Shown: piece by piece, positions 10,583 through 20,921 of the stretch
How positions within the stretch are numbered: the stretch's first letter is position 1
How the letters are laid out: every line of letters starts with the position of its first letter
DNA from: Candidatus Omnitrophota bacterium
Lineage (GTDB): Bacteria; Omnitrophota; Gorgyraeia; Gygaellales; Profunditerraquicolaceae
DNA: 62,230 nucleotides
Assembly (NCBI GenBank): GCA_023227985.1
Contig: JALOCB010000008.1
Coordinates: 1 to 62,230, forward strand
Direction of reading: 5' to 3'
Program-made: the position numbers and the translations under genes
The notes under the pieces: generated by a model
Databases searched by the model: none
Told to the model about the DNA's origin: nothing
What the model saw: the letters and a program-made list of their open reading frames with translations, nothing else

Positions 10583-11360
10583 ACCCCTGGTCCTTACGCC
10601 AGCTCTCATCAAGCTCGCGTATATTTTTTAAAGAATAAACGTATGACAATGCCCGTTCAAAGTCCCTGCGGTCCCTTAACGCCTGGCAAAAAGAAACAAA
10701 ATCAGCCTTGCCGAAACGCCGGATCAGATAATTTATCACGCTGACTGATTCAGCGTAGAAAATCATTACCCGCTCGGTGTCGCTCTCATCGATATGCTGC
10801 GGATCGAGCAGCGCCATCTCGCTCAGAGGAATAAGCCTGCCTGAACGGTGAACTGTCTCAAGGAACTTGTCCACTCCGCCTTTTTGCATCGATCCATGAT
10901 AAGAAGCCACGCCCTCATCAATCCATAGCGGGACAGCCGGGTTGGAAAAACCCACGAATTCGCGGAAAATTATATGGCCGATCTCATGGGGCAGAGTCCT
11001 GTTAAAAAAACCATCCTCGGACACAAAGGCGTAGACCACTTTATCCTTGGGCATAGCCGCGCCCGCCGACCAGGCCGGCCGCCCGGTACCTTCCTGATAT
11101 TCCTGGGCATTATCGTAAACATAAATGGACGCGCGGTTATCCCACAGCCAGAAATCAAACCGCAAAAACCCGAGTTCCCGGGTTATAGCCTGATAATACC
11201 CCTCCGCCTTGTCCTTCACCTCTTCAATGAATTTTTGCGGCGCGTTTTTGTAATATACCACGAAATGCGTGGACTTGGAAGCGTTCCATTGCTCCGCCTG
11301 CAGCCAAGCGGGGAACTGGGCAAAAATGAATACAACAAAGAATAAGATGTATTTAGGCAT
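10575..11360 (-). CDS. Secreted HExxH metallopeptidase, peptidase-MA-like (gluzincin type), copy 1
   Basis: HEIGH is encoded at 10974-10988, followed by PLWIDEGVA, a candidate third-ligand Glu. Signal-peptide-like N-terminus MPKYILFFVVFIFAQFPAWLQA from the ATG at 11360. Paralogous to 49464-50390. Confidence 0.7.
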   Translation of the reverse strand: MPKYILFFVVFIFAQFPAWLQAEQWNASKSTHFVVYYKNAPQKFIEEVKDKAEGYYQAITRELGFLRFDFWLWDNRASIYVYDNAQEYQEGTGRPAWSAGAAMPKDKVVYAFVSEDGFFNRTLPHEIGHIIFREFVGFSNPAVPLWIDEGVASYHGSMQKGGVDKFLETVHRSGRLIPLSEMALLDPQHIDESDTERVMIFYAESVSVINYLIRRFGKADFVSFCQALRDRRDFERALSYVYSLKNIRELDESWRKDQGYD

Positions 11361-12441
11361 TGAGTTCCAGCACAGCCTCCGCCAAAAGCTCCGCGGCAGG
11401 CTGGCTTTTGACCCCTTCAAAAGCCAGGCGCATATGCTCCAGCCTCAATGGATCATTAATAAACCCTTCCACTACCCCTTTTAATTTACCCGGGGACAAT
11501 CCTTCTTCCTCTATCACTATCGCGCAGCCTTTCTCGGCCAAAACCCCGGCGTTGGCTGACTGATGCGCGCCGGCGAATGGATACGGGATGATCACCGAAG
11601 GGAGCTTGAACAGGATCAATTCCGAGACCGTGGCCGCGCCCGCCCGGCAGATAACCAGGTCAGCGCAACTGTAGGCGTAGTGCACCTCTTTCAAAAAAGG
11701 CAGGACAACCGCCCCTATTCCCGCCTCGGCGTAAAAACGGCCCAGCATCCCGGGATCGGCGTTGCCGCAAAGATGGATCACCTGCAATGCCTCTTTATCT
11801 TTTAATCCGGCAAGCGATCTGACCGCTTCGGAATTTATCCGTTTGCTCCCCTGGCTTCCCCCAACGATGAATAAAGTAAATTTTCCTTTTCGCAATCCGA
11901 GATGCTCAATGGCCACCCCTTTGTCCACCCTGAGCAATCCCCTGCGCAAAGGGTTGCCGGTAACGACTATCTTTTCCGGGCAACACCCCAACAACCGCCC
12001 GGTCCGGTCGAATGAAACCGCGAACTTATCCACGAACTTCACCAAAAACCGGTTAGCCTTGCCAGGGATAACGTTCTGTTCATGGATAACGGTCCTGATC
12101 CGGAAGAACCATGCCCAAAAAATCACCGGCAGGCTGGCAATGCTGCCGAAACCTACCGCGATATCCGGCTTGAATTTGATCACGATGAGCAGGCTTTCCC
12201 AGAGGCCTTTGGCTAAATTAACCAGGCTGCGCAGGTTTTGCCCATCCAAGCGCAAATTAAGGGATGTCACGGATACATACCGGACCTTATGCCCGGGCAC
12301 CTGCAATCCTTCCTTTATGCTTTTACGCGGCAGGACCAGCATCGTGTCAATGCCGTTGTCTTTTCTCTTTACCTCGTCCAGAAAAGCCAAAGCGGGAAAA
12401 ATATGCCCGCCGCTGGAACCCGTAGCTGCCAGTATTTTCAT
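11353..12441 (-). CDS. murG: Undecaprenyldiphospho-muramoylpentapeptide beta-N-acetylglucosaminyltransferase
   Basis: 362 aa. GGHIFPALA N-terminal motif, GGSQGS and CRAGAATVSEL blocks. Confidence 0.92.
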   Translation of the reverse strand: MKILAATGSSGGHIFPALAFLDEVKRKDNGIDTMLVLPRKSIKEGLQVPGHKVRYVSVTSLNLRLDGQNLRSLVNLAKGLWESLLIVIKFKPDIAVGFGSIASLPVIFWAWFFRIRTVIHEQNVIPGKANRFLVKFVDKFAVSFDRTGRLLGCCPEKIVVTGNPLRRGLLRVDKGVAIEHLGLRKGKFTLFIVGGSQGSKRINSEAVRSLAGLKDKEALQVIHLCGNADPGMLGRFYAEAGIGAVVLPFLKEVHYAYSCADLVICRAGAATVSELILFKLPSVIIPYPFAGAHQSANAGVLAEKGCAIVIEEEGLSPGKLKGVVEGFINDPLRLEHMRLAFEGVKSQPAAELLAEAVLELNA

Positions 12442-12456
12442 TCAGATCCGACTCCT

Positions 12457-13554
12457 TTAATGCGATTCGCCGCCCCGGGCCACATTCAACAAAAGACCGA
12501 CGCTGACCAGGTCGAAAACAAAAGACGACCCTCCGTAACTAATGAAAGGCAGCGGCAACCCCTTGGTAGGCAGTATACCGCAGGAGACTCCGATATTGAC
12601 CATAGCCTTAAGGCAGATCATAGTCAAGAGCCCCAAACTGAGGAAATACCCGAAATTATCCGAGGCGTTCCTTATTATCTTCATTCCCAGCCTGATAAAA
12701 ATCACGAACAGGAATATTATTGCCAATGTCCCCAAAAGCCCCATCTCCTCCCCGATTATGGAAAAGATGAAATCCGTGTGCGCCGCCGGGAGGTAAAACA
12801 GCTTCTGGCGGGAATGCCCCAGGCCTGTCCCGAAAATCCCTCCTGAACCCAGGGCAACCTGGGATTGTATGATCTGGAAACCGCTCTTCTGAGGGTCAGC
12901 CCAAGGATTGATGAACGTCATTATCCTGGCCCGGCGGTAAGGAACGCTGAAGATCAGAATGTACAAGACCGGAAGGCTGCATAAGACTAACGAGAGCAGA
13001 TATTGAAATTTAACCCCTGCGACGAATAGCATGACAAAAACCACCATTCCCAAGGCCACGGTAGTCCCCAGGTCAGGCTGCATCATGATCAAAAGCGCGA
13101 CCAGCCCGAGCACAGCCATCACCGGCAGGAACGCCTTCCAATGCGCCCTGACCTCATCGCGCCTGCGGGTAAGAAAATCCGCCGCGTAAATTATCATCGC
13201 CAGGTTTGCCAGTTCCGCCGGCTGAAAAGAAAAAAACTTGAACCTGAACCACCTTCGCGCGCCGGATACCTCCCTGCCGATGCCGGGGATAAGCACCAGG
13301 GCCAAAAGGAACAACGATATCAACAAAATAGGCAGGCTGTATTTGCGCAATTTCCGGTAATCAAAGCTCATCACAGCAAAACCCAGGGCCGCCCCGATCA
13401 ACACAAAACTAAGATGCCGCTTTAGGAAGAACGCGCTGTCTTTATATCTCTCCAGGGCATATATGGCCGAAGCGCTGTAAATCATCACCACGCCGACGCA
13501 GACAAGGATCATTGTGGTTATAAAGAATTTTATCCGGATATTACGCAGCGTCAT
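12457..13554 (-). CDS. ftsW: Peptidoglycan glycosyltransferase FtsW (SEDS family)
   Basis: Polytopic membrane protein with QPAELAN, HTDFIFS and LPTKGLPLPFISYGGSS motifs. The start is probably MTLRNIRIK (13554). The ORF-track extension to 13662 overlaps murD. Confidence 0.88.
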   Translation of the reverse strand: MTLRNIRIKFFITTMILVCVGVVMIYSASAIYALERYKDSAFFLKRHLSFVLIGAALGFAVMSFDYRKLRKYSLPILLISLFLLALVLIPGIGREVSGARRWFRFKFFSFQPAELANLAMIIYAADFLTRRRDEVRAHWKAFLPVMAVLGLVALLIMMQPDLGTTVALGMVVFVMLFVAGVKFQYLLSLVLCSLPVLYILIFSVPYRRARIMTFINPWADPQKSGFQIIQSQVALGSGGIFGTGLGHSRQKLFYLPAAHTDFIFSIIGEEMGLLGTLAIIFLFVIFIRLGMKIIRNASDNFGYFLSLGLLTMICLKAMVNIGVSCGILPTKGLPLPFISYGGSSFVFDLVSVGLLLNVARGGESH

Positions 13555-14821
13555 TAACACCTGCCTTTGCCAGTTTAAATACCGCTTCCTTAAAAGCCCT
13601 GCCCCGATGCTCATAGTCACAGAACATATCATAACTTGAGCACATCGGCGATAAAAGCACACAATCGCCGCTGGACGCCTTGGCGAACGCCCGCTCTACC
13701 GCCTCTTCTAAGGTTCGCGCTTCACTGGTTTTGATCGAGCCTTTCAACGCCGATTTGATCTTTTCGCAAGCCTCGCCGATCAGCACCGCCTCTTTTACCT
13801 TTTTGCGGGCCGCGGCCAATAATGCCCGGTAATCCACGCCTTTATCCTTGCCTCCGGCGATCAGAATAGCTTTAGACGCGATATTATTAAGAGCCCAGAT
13901 CGCCGACTCCACTGTTGTAGCCTTGGAGTCGTTGACGAACCGCACGCCTTTTATTACCGCGACTTCTTCCATGCGATGCTGGAGCCCTTTAAATTCTTTG
14001 AATACCTTTAAACAAACTTTTTTATTTATTCCCAAAAGCGTTCCTACGGCCAGGACAGCGGACTGATTGGGATTAAGGCCTCTTTGATCCTTGAAGAACA
14101 CCACCTTGGCCCTGCTTTGGCCGGCAACCTTCCTTAATTCCTTGTCCCGGCTGTTCAATACCAGATGATCGGAAATATCCTGATTAAGAAAAATGCGTTT
14201 TTTTGCCCGGATATACTCCCTCATCCCCTTGTAGCGGTCAAGATGGTTCTTGCTGACATTGGTGATCAGGCTGATCCGGGGTTTAAAACTTTGGACCTTC
14301 TCCAACTGGAAGGAACTTATTTCCAATACTACATAGTCGCAAGGCCTTATCTTCTTTAGTTCACCGGTAAAAGGATTGCCGATATTGCCGCAGACAAAAG
14401 GCCTTTTCCCCGCGGCTTTCAGGATCAAACCGATCAGAGTGGTTACGGTGGTTTTTCCGCTGGAACCGGTCACCGCGATCACAGGGGCAGGGCATAAGAT
14501 CCAACCGACTTCTATTTCGCTGATCATGGGAATGCCGCGCTGCTGGGACCAGACCACGGGTAAAGCCGTATCCGGGACCCCGGGGGAAATAACTATGATA
14601 TCGCGGCCTGCGATGAATTCTTGGGTATGAGCGCCCAGTTCACGCTTGATCTTGGCTGATCTCAACAACCGGGCGTTCTTTTGAGTCTGAAAATCCCTGC
14701 GGGAATCTGTAACGCTGACCTGCGCGCCCAGATCGTATAACAGATTGGCGCAGGCTAAACCGCTGCGGGCAAGGCCTACTACGGTTATTTTTTTATCTTT
14801 GAAATACCCGGTATTCCGCAT
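13541..14821 (-). CDS. murD: UDP-N-acetylmuramoylalanine--D-glutamate ligase
   Basis: 426 aa. VVGLARSG N-terminus, GSSGKTTVTT P-loop and NDSKATT. Confidence 0.92.
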   Translation of the reverse strand: MRNTGYFKDKKITVVGLARSGLACANLLYDLGAQVSVTDSRRDFQTQKNARLLRSAKIKRELGAHTQEFIAGRDIIVISPGVPDTALPVVWSQQRGIPMISEIEVGWILCPAPVIAVTGSSGKTTVTTLIGLILKAAGKRPFVCGNIGNPFTGELKKIRPCDYVVLEISSFQLEKVQSFKPRISLITNVSKNHLDRYKGMREYIRAKKRIFLNQDISDHLVLNSRDKELRKVAGQSRAKVVFFKDQRGLNPNQSAVLAVGTLLGINKKVCLKVFKEFKGLQHRMEEVAVIKGVRFVNDSKATTVESAIWALNNIASKAILIAGGKDKGVDYRALLAAARKKVKEAVLIGEACEKIKSALKGSIKTSEARTLEEAVERAFAKASSGDCVLLSPMCSSYDMFCDYEHRGRAFKEAVFKLAKAGVNDAA

Positions 14822-14832
14822 GTATTTAATGA

Positions 14833-15924
14833 TTACCTCGTCTTCAATGTAACCAAGGTAAGCAAAGCGAAAATAATGGCTACGATCCAGAATCTCACGA
14901 TCACCTTATTTTCAGACCAGCCGAGGAACTGAAAATGGTGGTGCAGCGGAGCGATCTTGAATATCCTTTTGCCGGTGAATTTGAACGAAAAAACCTGCAG
15001 GATCACCGATAACGCCTCGAGCACGAATATCCCCCCGACCACTACCAAAAGGAACTCTTTTTTTATCAGTATGGCTATTGTCCCCAATGCCCCGCCCAGG
15101 GCTAACGCGCCCACATCGCCCATAAATATAGCGGCGGGATAACAGTTAAACCATAAGAAACCCAGCCCCGCGCCGATCATCGCGGAGCAGAAAACTGTCA
15201 ACTCTCCGCTGCCTTTAATGAACGGGATGAGAAGGTATTCGCTGAAGCGGATATTGCCTGAGACATAACAAAGAACGCTGAAAGCCACTGCCGCCATAAC
15301 CACGCAACCGATAGCCAGGCCATCCAGGCCGTCGGTAAGATTAACCGCATTGGAAGTCCCCGTAAGGACCACGATCACAAAGAGTATGTAAAATACGCCC
15401 AGTTCCAGGCCGATATCCTTGAGCAAAGGGATATCCAGGCGGGTGCTTATCTGCGGGTCGAGGAAAATTATCGTTCCGATAACAAGCCCGAGGACTATCT
15501 GGCTGGTGAATTTGGCAGAAGCGGTCAGGCCCTTGGAGCATTTACGGATATGCTTGAGGTAATCGTCCATAAAACCGGTCAATCCCAGCCATAAGGTGGC
15601 GAACATTACCAGAAGCACGTATTTGTTCAAAAATTCCGACCAGAGCAGCGTGGAAGAAAAAATAGCCAGCAGGATCATCAAGCCGCCCATGGTAGGGGTC
15701 CCCTGCTTTGATTCATGCAGTTTATGCAGGGTCTCGCTTTCCTTGCGGTCGCGGATATTCTGTCCGATGCTTAAAGACTTGATCTTGTTGATGACCCACG
15801 GTCCGAAAATAATGGTGACCAGGAAGGCGGTCAACGCCGCCATGATCGCGCGGAAGGTGATATAACGGAATACGTTAAAGAAGGAGATTACCTTGTGCAG
15901 CGGATAAAGCAAATAATATAACAT
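14833..15924 (-). CDS. mraY: Phospho-N-acetylmuramoyl-pentapeptide transferase
   Basis: 363 aa polytopic protein. GTPTMGG, NAVNLTDGLDGLA, MGDVGALALGG and PLHHHF motifs. Confidence 0.95.
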   Translation of the reverse strand: MLYYLLYPLHKVISFFNVFRYITFRAIMAALTAFLVTIIFGPWVINKIKSLSIGQNIRDRKESETLHKLHESKQGTPTMGGLMILLAIFSSTLLWSEFLNKYVLLVMFATLWLGLTGFMDDYLKHIRKCSKGLTASAKFTSQIVLGLVIGTIIFLDPQISTRLDIPLLKDIGLELGVFYILFVIVVLTGTSNAVNLTDGLDGLAIGCVVMAAVAFSVLCYVSGNIRFSEYLLIPFIKGSGELTVFCSAMIGAGLGFLWFNCYPAAIFMGDVGALALGGALGTIAILIKKEFLLVVVGGIFVLEALSVILQVFSFKFTGKRIFKIAPLHHHFQFLGWSENKVIVRFWIVAIIFALLTLVTLKTR

Positions 15925-15943
15925 TTTAAATTAGCGAAACCCC

Positions 15944-17344
15944 TTAGCGGTCAACCCCGAAAAAAACATCTTCCATCTTCATCGCCCGCGATCCTTTCAC
16001 CAGGACCACGTCATCGGCTCCGACGCGCAGATCCTTACGCAGGATATCCCGCGCCTGAACGGACCTATCGCATTGAAATATGTCTGCGTCGGCAAGGCCG
16101 GAATTCCTCGCCGCTGCCGCAGCGGCAGCAGTTAATTTCCCCACAGCGATGAATTTATCGCAAGACCTCGCAGCCTCTATACCGGCCTGATAATGACAGG
16201 CCTCTTTCATCTCTCCCAATTCCAGCATATCCCCCATCACAAATATCTTCCTGCCCCTTGCCTTGAAATCCCCCAAAGCCAGCGCTGCCTGACGCAGGGA
16301 TGCCGGGCTGGAATTATACGTATCGTCGATGAAAACGCACTCCTTCGCCCTGATCAGCCTCAGCCTGCCTTTAGGGAACTCGAACGCGGATAAGCGGCGC
16401 GATATATCTTTATAAGGCACGCCCATTATCCTCGCAGCGGATATCGCAGCCAGGGCATTATAAATATTATTATACCCTAATGTATGCAAAATAAACTTAT
16501 ATTTTTTACCGGACTTGAATTCCAGGGACCCCTGCCCTTTTTTAATCATTAAAGCGGAGAAATCCGCGGGTTTATCGATCCCGAAGCTCACGATAAAAGG
16601 CCGCAGTCCGGCAGAGCGGGATTTAACCCTAAGAAGCCTGTCATCGGCGTTAACTACTGCCACGGCCGGGGACCGCAGATGCCCCATAAGCGAATACTTT
16701 TCCTGCAATACGCCGTTCAGATCCTTGAAATATTCAAGATGCGAAGGCCCGATATTGGTTATTATGCCTATATTCGGCCGGCAGATCTTAGACAGGTATG
16801 ATATCTCCCCAAAATCGCTTGTCCCCAATTCCAGCACGCAGGCCTGGTGTCCGGCTTTCAGGCCGAGCAGGGTCATCGGCAGGCCGATATGGTTGTTTTT
16901 CGTTCCCGCGGTCTTCAGCACATTGAACCTGTCCGCGAGTATCCAGGCGAGCATCTCTTTAGTGGTGGTCTTGCCGTTAGAACCGGTTATGGCGATGACC
17001 GGGATATCAAAACGACTGCGGTGAAAAGAAGCGATATCGCCCAACGCCCTGGTCGTATCCCTGACTGCGATAACCGCGCAAGGAACGGATCGAGCCAGCC
17101 AAGCGGTATTTCCCGGCCTATCCATATATCTTTGTTCACATATGACACAGCCTGCGCCTTTTTTTACCGCGGACCTTATGAAATCATGGCCGTTGAAATT
17201 GTCGCCTTTTATGGCTATAAAAGCCTCGTTTTCCCTTAGGGTGCGGGAATCAATAGAGATTCCTAAAACCCCGGTTTTACCGGGCCGCTTTCTTGATATC
17301 AGCTTGCCCGCGGTAGCGGCTAATAATTCTTCTATCGTAAACAC
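15944..17344 (-). CDS. murF: UDP-N-acetylmuramoyl-tripeptide--D-alanyl-D-alanine ligase
   Basis: 466 aa Mur ligase. ITGSNGKTTTKEM P-loop and DDTYNSSPAS. Conserved position between murE and mraY. Confidence 0.9.
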   Translation of the reverse strand: MFTIEELLAATAGKLISRKRPGKTGVLGISIDSRTLRENEAFIAIKGDNFNGHDFIRSAVKKGAGCVICEQRYMDRPGNTAWLARSVPCAVIAVRDTTRALGDIASFHRSRFDIPVIAITGSNGKTTTKEMLAWILADRFNVLKTAGTKNNHIGLPMTLLGLKAGHQACVLELGTSDFGEISYLSKICRPNIGIITNIGPSHLEYFKDLNGVLQEKYSLMGHLRSPAVAVVNADDRLLRVKSRSAGLRPFIVSFGIDKPADFSALMIKKGQGSLEFKSGKKYKFILHTLGYNNIYNALAAISAARIMGVPYKDISRRLSAFEFPKGRLRLIRAKECVFIDDTYNSSPASLRQAALALGDFKARGRKIFVMGDMLELGEMKEACHYQAGIEAARSCDKFIAVGKLTAAAAAAARNSGLADADIFQCDRSVQARDILRKDLRVGADDVVLVKGSRAMKMEDVFFGVDR

Positions 17345-18786
17345 TCTCTCACTGCCTCTCTATCGTCGAAATGGATGACCTTGTCCTTTATTATTTGATA
17401 ATCTTCATGCCCTTTGCCGGCTATAAGCACGCAATCCCCCTTGCCGGCGATCTGCAGGGCTTTGCGGATCGCCTCTCTGCGATCCGGAATAACGCAATAA
17501 TTCCCCTCTTTCATCCCTTTTCGGATATCGGATATGATCCCTTGAGGATCCTCTGACCTGGGGTTATCATTGGTCAGGACCGCCTGATCCGCCAACTCGC
17601 TTACCACACTGCCCATTTTAGGCCGTTTATCTTTATCCCGGTCTCCGCCGCAGCCGAAAACCACAATTATTCTCTTGCGGCAAACCTGGCGTAAAGCGGT
17701 CAGGACATTTTTCAACGCGTCCTCGGTATGGGCGTAATCCACAAAAACACAAATATCTTTGCCGGTATCCACCTTTTCCAACCGGCCCGGGACCAGGGTG
17801 AAATCTTCCATAGCCTGACGGATAACTGCGGGGCCTATCCCTTCCTGAACAGCCCAGGCAAAAACAGCCAGGATATTATACACATTGTGCCTGCCGATAA
17901 GACGAGTCTTGATATCCGCCTTACCGCCGGAAAAGATTATCGTGAACTCCGTCTTCTCCATATCTAACCGGATATCCTCGGCGGTTATATCCGCGGCCTG
18001 ATCTATACCGTATGTCACGACCCGGCAGCGGGAGGCTCCCTTTATCCTGGCCGCGTATTTATCGTCATTATTGACCACCGCAAAGGCGTCCCGGGAAAGG
18101 CCCAGGAACAGTTTTTCCTTTGCCCGGTAATATCCCTCCGCGCTTTTATGGTAATCCAGATGATCCTGGGTCAGGTTGGTGAATATCGCCGACGTTAATT
18201 TAATGCGTTCCGTCCTGCCTTGAGCAAGCGCGTGGGACGACACCTCCATCACCAACTGATCCGCGCCTGAGCCCAGCATCTCGGCCATCATTCCCTGAAG
18301 TTCCAGCGGGCCGGGCGTAGTATTTTTTGAGGGGATCACCCGGTTGGCAAAGCGGTAATTTATCGTTCCTATAACCGCTGGAGCGCGGCCGGCTGCTTTT
18401 AAGACCGCCTCCATAAGGTAAGTCACGGTCGTCTTGCCGTTGGTTCCTGTAACCGCGGCTACCCGCATCTTTGCCGAAGGATCACCGTAGAATTGCGCAG
18501 CCAGATCAGCCAGCGCATGGCGGCAATCGCGCACTTTAATAATGCTTACATTACCCGGAAGGCCGGGATCGGCATTCTCCTGGTCAGTGACCACGGCCCC
18601 GGCCCCCTGCTTTATCGCTTCCGGGATAAAAAGGTTGCCGTCAAGGCTCGCTCCTTTTACAGCTACGAAAAGATGGCCCGGCCGTGTTTTCCTGGAATCA
18701 CAGCTTAAGCCGGAAAGCTCAAAGTCCCCGGCGTCAACCAGAAGCCGGCTGCCTTCCAGAGATTTAATAACCTGAGTTAGATTCAT
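17332..18786 (-). CDS. murE: UDP-N-acetylmuramoyl-L-alanyl-D-glutamate--2,6-diaminopimelate ligase
   Basis: 484 aa. VTGTNGKTTVTY P-loop and the DNPR motif (TNDNPRSEDP) that is typical of meso-DAP-adding MurE. Confidence 0.9.
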   Translation of the reverse strand: MNLTQVIKSLEGSRLLVDAGDFELSGLSCDSRKTRPGHLFVAVKGASLDGNLFIPEAIKQGAGAVVTDQENADPGLPGNVSIIKVRDCRHALADLAAQFYGDPSAKMRVAAVTGTNGKTTVTYLMEAVLKAAGRAPAVIGTINYRFANRVIPSKNTTPGPLELQGMMAEMLGSGADQLVMEVSSHALAQGRTERIKLTSAIFTNLTQDHLDYHKSAEGYYRAKEKLFLGLSRDAFAVVNNDDKYAARIKGASRCRVVTYGIDQAADITAEDIRLDMEKTEFTIIFSGGKADIKTRLIGRHNVYNILAVFAWAVQEGIGPAVIRQAMEDFTLVPGRLEKVDTGKDICVFVDYAHTEDALKNVLTALRQVCRKRIIVVFGCGGDRDKDKRPKMGSVVSELADQAVLTNDNPRSEDPQGIISDIRKGMKEGNYCVIPDRREAIRKALQIAGKGDCVLIAGKGHEDYQIIKDKVIHFDDREAVRECLR

Positions 18787-20488
18787 TAAAAACCACGATC
18801 TCGCTGGATGTTTCCTGGTTTCTCAAATACCTGAGCGCGTCGTTAACCAGGTTCTTAAAAACCGGGGCTGAAACCACGCCGCCGAAGTACGACCCCCGCG
18901 GTTCATCGACCGTTACCACTACCGCTATATCAGGGTCTTCCGCCGGAGCGAACCCGATAAAAGTAGCCATAAACTTACTGTGCGAATATGTCCCGTTAGG
19001 CTCGAGTTTCTGGGCGGTCCCGGTCTTGCCACCGGCGGTAAAATCCGGGGTCTTGGCAAGCGTCCCCGTGCCGTTCTCAATCACGCCGATAAGCAGTTTC
19101 TTGACCCTGGCCGCGGTTTCCTCGGATATGACCCTGCGCACAATAACCGGGGAAAAAGATTTGATCAATTCCCCTTGTTTATCACGGATCTCTTTCACAA
19201 TATACGGCTTCATCAGCACCCCGCCGTTGGCTATGACCGATACCGCCGAAACCAGTTGAAGGGCGGTAACCGCCACTTCCTGGCCCATAGGCACAGCTGC
19301 GATCGAGCCTTTTTGCCAAACCTTCAGGTCCCTGACTATGCCGGATACCTCCCCGGGCATATCCACCCCGCTCTTCGCCCCGAAACCGAAAAGTTTTATA
19401 TACCGGTGCAGATTCGCGGGGCCGACCTTTTGGGCCACTTTACAGGTGCCGATATTACTGGACTGTTCGATCACCTCACGAAAAGTAAGCCAGCCGTGCG
19501 GCCTGTGGTCGTGCAAGATCCTGCTGGCGATCTTGTATTCGCCGTTCTCGCAAAAAAAACGGTCATGTTCGGCGGCAGATCTTTCTTCGATCGCGGCAGC
19601 TGCAGTCACGATCTTAAACACCGATCCGGGCTCAAAGATATCGCATACAGCCCGGTTGCGTATCTGGTCTTTAGAAACGTTGGAATGCCGGTTCATATCG
19701 TAACCCGGGCGATTGGCGATGGCCAGGATCTCTCCGGTGCGCGGGTTCAATACGACTATGGAAGCGCCTTTGGCCCGATACAACCGATAGGCCTTATCCA
19801 GTTCCCTCTCGGCGATATACTGGATCACTTCATCTATGGTCAGAACCAGGTCAAATCCGTCCTTGGGGGCGGCCATATCCTGATAAATATCCAGTTTTTT
19901 GCTGCGGGCGTCCCGCAACATAACCGCCATCCCAGGCTGGCCTTTAAGGTATTTTTCATAATACAATTCCATCCCTTCAAGCCCATTGTTATCCATACCG
20001 GCGAAGCCTATGGCCTGGCAAGCCAAATATCCGTTGGGATAACAGCGTTTGCTTTCCTTGATCGTGCCGACGCCTTTGAGATTAAGCCTCTTAAGCGCCT
20101 CTGACTGCTCGGAGGATATCTTGCGGCTTAGCCATACAAACGCCTTGTTCCTGGCTAAACGGCCCCTTAAATAAGAGCTTTCGCAGCTCAGTATAGGCTG
20201 GAGGTTGCGGATAATATCTTCTTTTTCTTTTTCTGAAAGATTATTCGGCGCGGCGTACAATGAATCGCATGGCAGATTGACCGCCTGGGGTTTAAGGCCG
20301 CTGTCATAGATCGTCCCCCTGCGCGGTTCCAGGTCCACCGGAACATAATGCTGTTTCCGGGCCATGCCGGAAAGATATTCCGAGCGGAAGAATTGTATGT
20401 ATAAAAGGCGGGCTACGCAGAGGGCAAAAAAAACAAAGAATAATAAGAATGCCGCTTTAGTCCTGCGGCTGTAGTTAGCTATATACAC
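18764..20488 (-). CDS. ftsI: Penicillin-binding protein, class B transpeptidase (FtsI/PBP3-like)
   Basis: 574 aa. N-terminal TM helix and a PBP dimerisation domain. SVFK (SxxK), SSN (SxN) and KTGTA (KTG) active-site motifs are all present. Confidence 0.9.
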   Translation of the reverse strand: MYIANYSRRTKAAFLLFFVFFALCVARLLYIQFFRSEYLSGMARKQHYVPVDLEPRRGTIYDSGLKPQAVNLPCDSLYAAPNNLSEKEKEDIIRNLQPILSCESSYLRGRLARNKAFVWLSRKISSEQSEALKRLNLKGVGTIKESKRCYPNGYLACQAIGFAGMDNNGLEGMELYYEKYLKGQPGMAVMLRDARSKKLDIYQDMAAPKDGFDLVLTIDEVIQYIAERELDKAYRLYRAKGASIVVLNPRTGEILAIANRPGYDMNRHSNVSKDQIRNRAVCDIFEPGSVFKIVTAAAAIEERSAAEHDRFFCENGEYKIASRILHDHRPHGWLTFREVIEQSSNIGTCKVAQKVGPANLHRYIKLFGFGAKSGVDMPGEVSGIVRDLKVWQKGSIAAVPMGQEVAVTALQLVSAVSVIANGGVLMKPYIVKEIRDKQGELIKSFSPVIVRRVISEETAARVKKLLIGVIENGTGTLAKTPDFTAGGKTGTAQKLEPNGTYSHSKFMATFIGFAPAEDPDIAVVVTVDEPRGSYFGGVVSAPVFKNLVNDALRYLRNQETSSEIVVFNESNSGY

Positions 20489-20521
20489 AACTATATGGGG
20501 TTAGGGATCGACGGCTATCTT

Positions 20522-20920
20522 TTAATTGCCATCAACCCTGAATATAGAAGAGGTGTTGATCGTCTTAGCTTCGGCCTGACGGTTAACGCCGAAGATACGC
20601 GCCACCAGGTTCTCTCTCCGGGGAGAACGCCTGTTCACTACTCTCACTCTGTCATTGGGATTGACCAACTTCACCAGACAATAGTTATTCGGCATCTGAA
20701 AATCGCCTGAACCGGAAAGTTTATTACCGATCTTTACCAGCGAAGTCGATCGTTTCAGATTATATCTCAAGACAGAATTTTCATCGAGTAGGGCCTGGAA
20801 ACAACGCGTGCTTTTTTGACCGTCATAAGCCAGACGAAAAACCTCCGTCTGCTGCCAGACGTAAAGAAGGGAGAAAACGGTGATAGCGAAAGCCAGAATT
20901 ATAAATCTGGACAGCTTCAT
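20522..20920 (-). CDS. ftsL: FtsL-like small bitopic division protein
   Basis: 132 aa with a single N-terminal TM helix (FIILAFAITVFSLLYVW) followed by a helical region. Occupies the conserved slot between rsmH and ftsI. The call rests on position and topology only. Confidence 0.55.
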   Translation of the reverse strand: MKLSRFIILAFAITVFSLLYVWQQTEVFRLAYDGQKSTRCFQALLDENSVLRYNLKRSTSLVKIGNKLSGSGDFQMPNNYCLVKLVNPNDRVRVVNRRSPRRENLVARIFGVNRQAEAKTINTSSIFRVDGN

Positions 20921-20921
20921 A

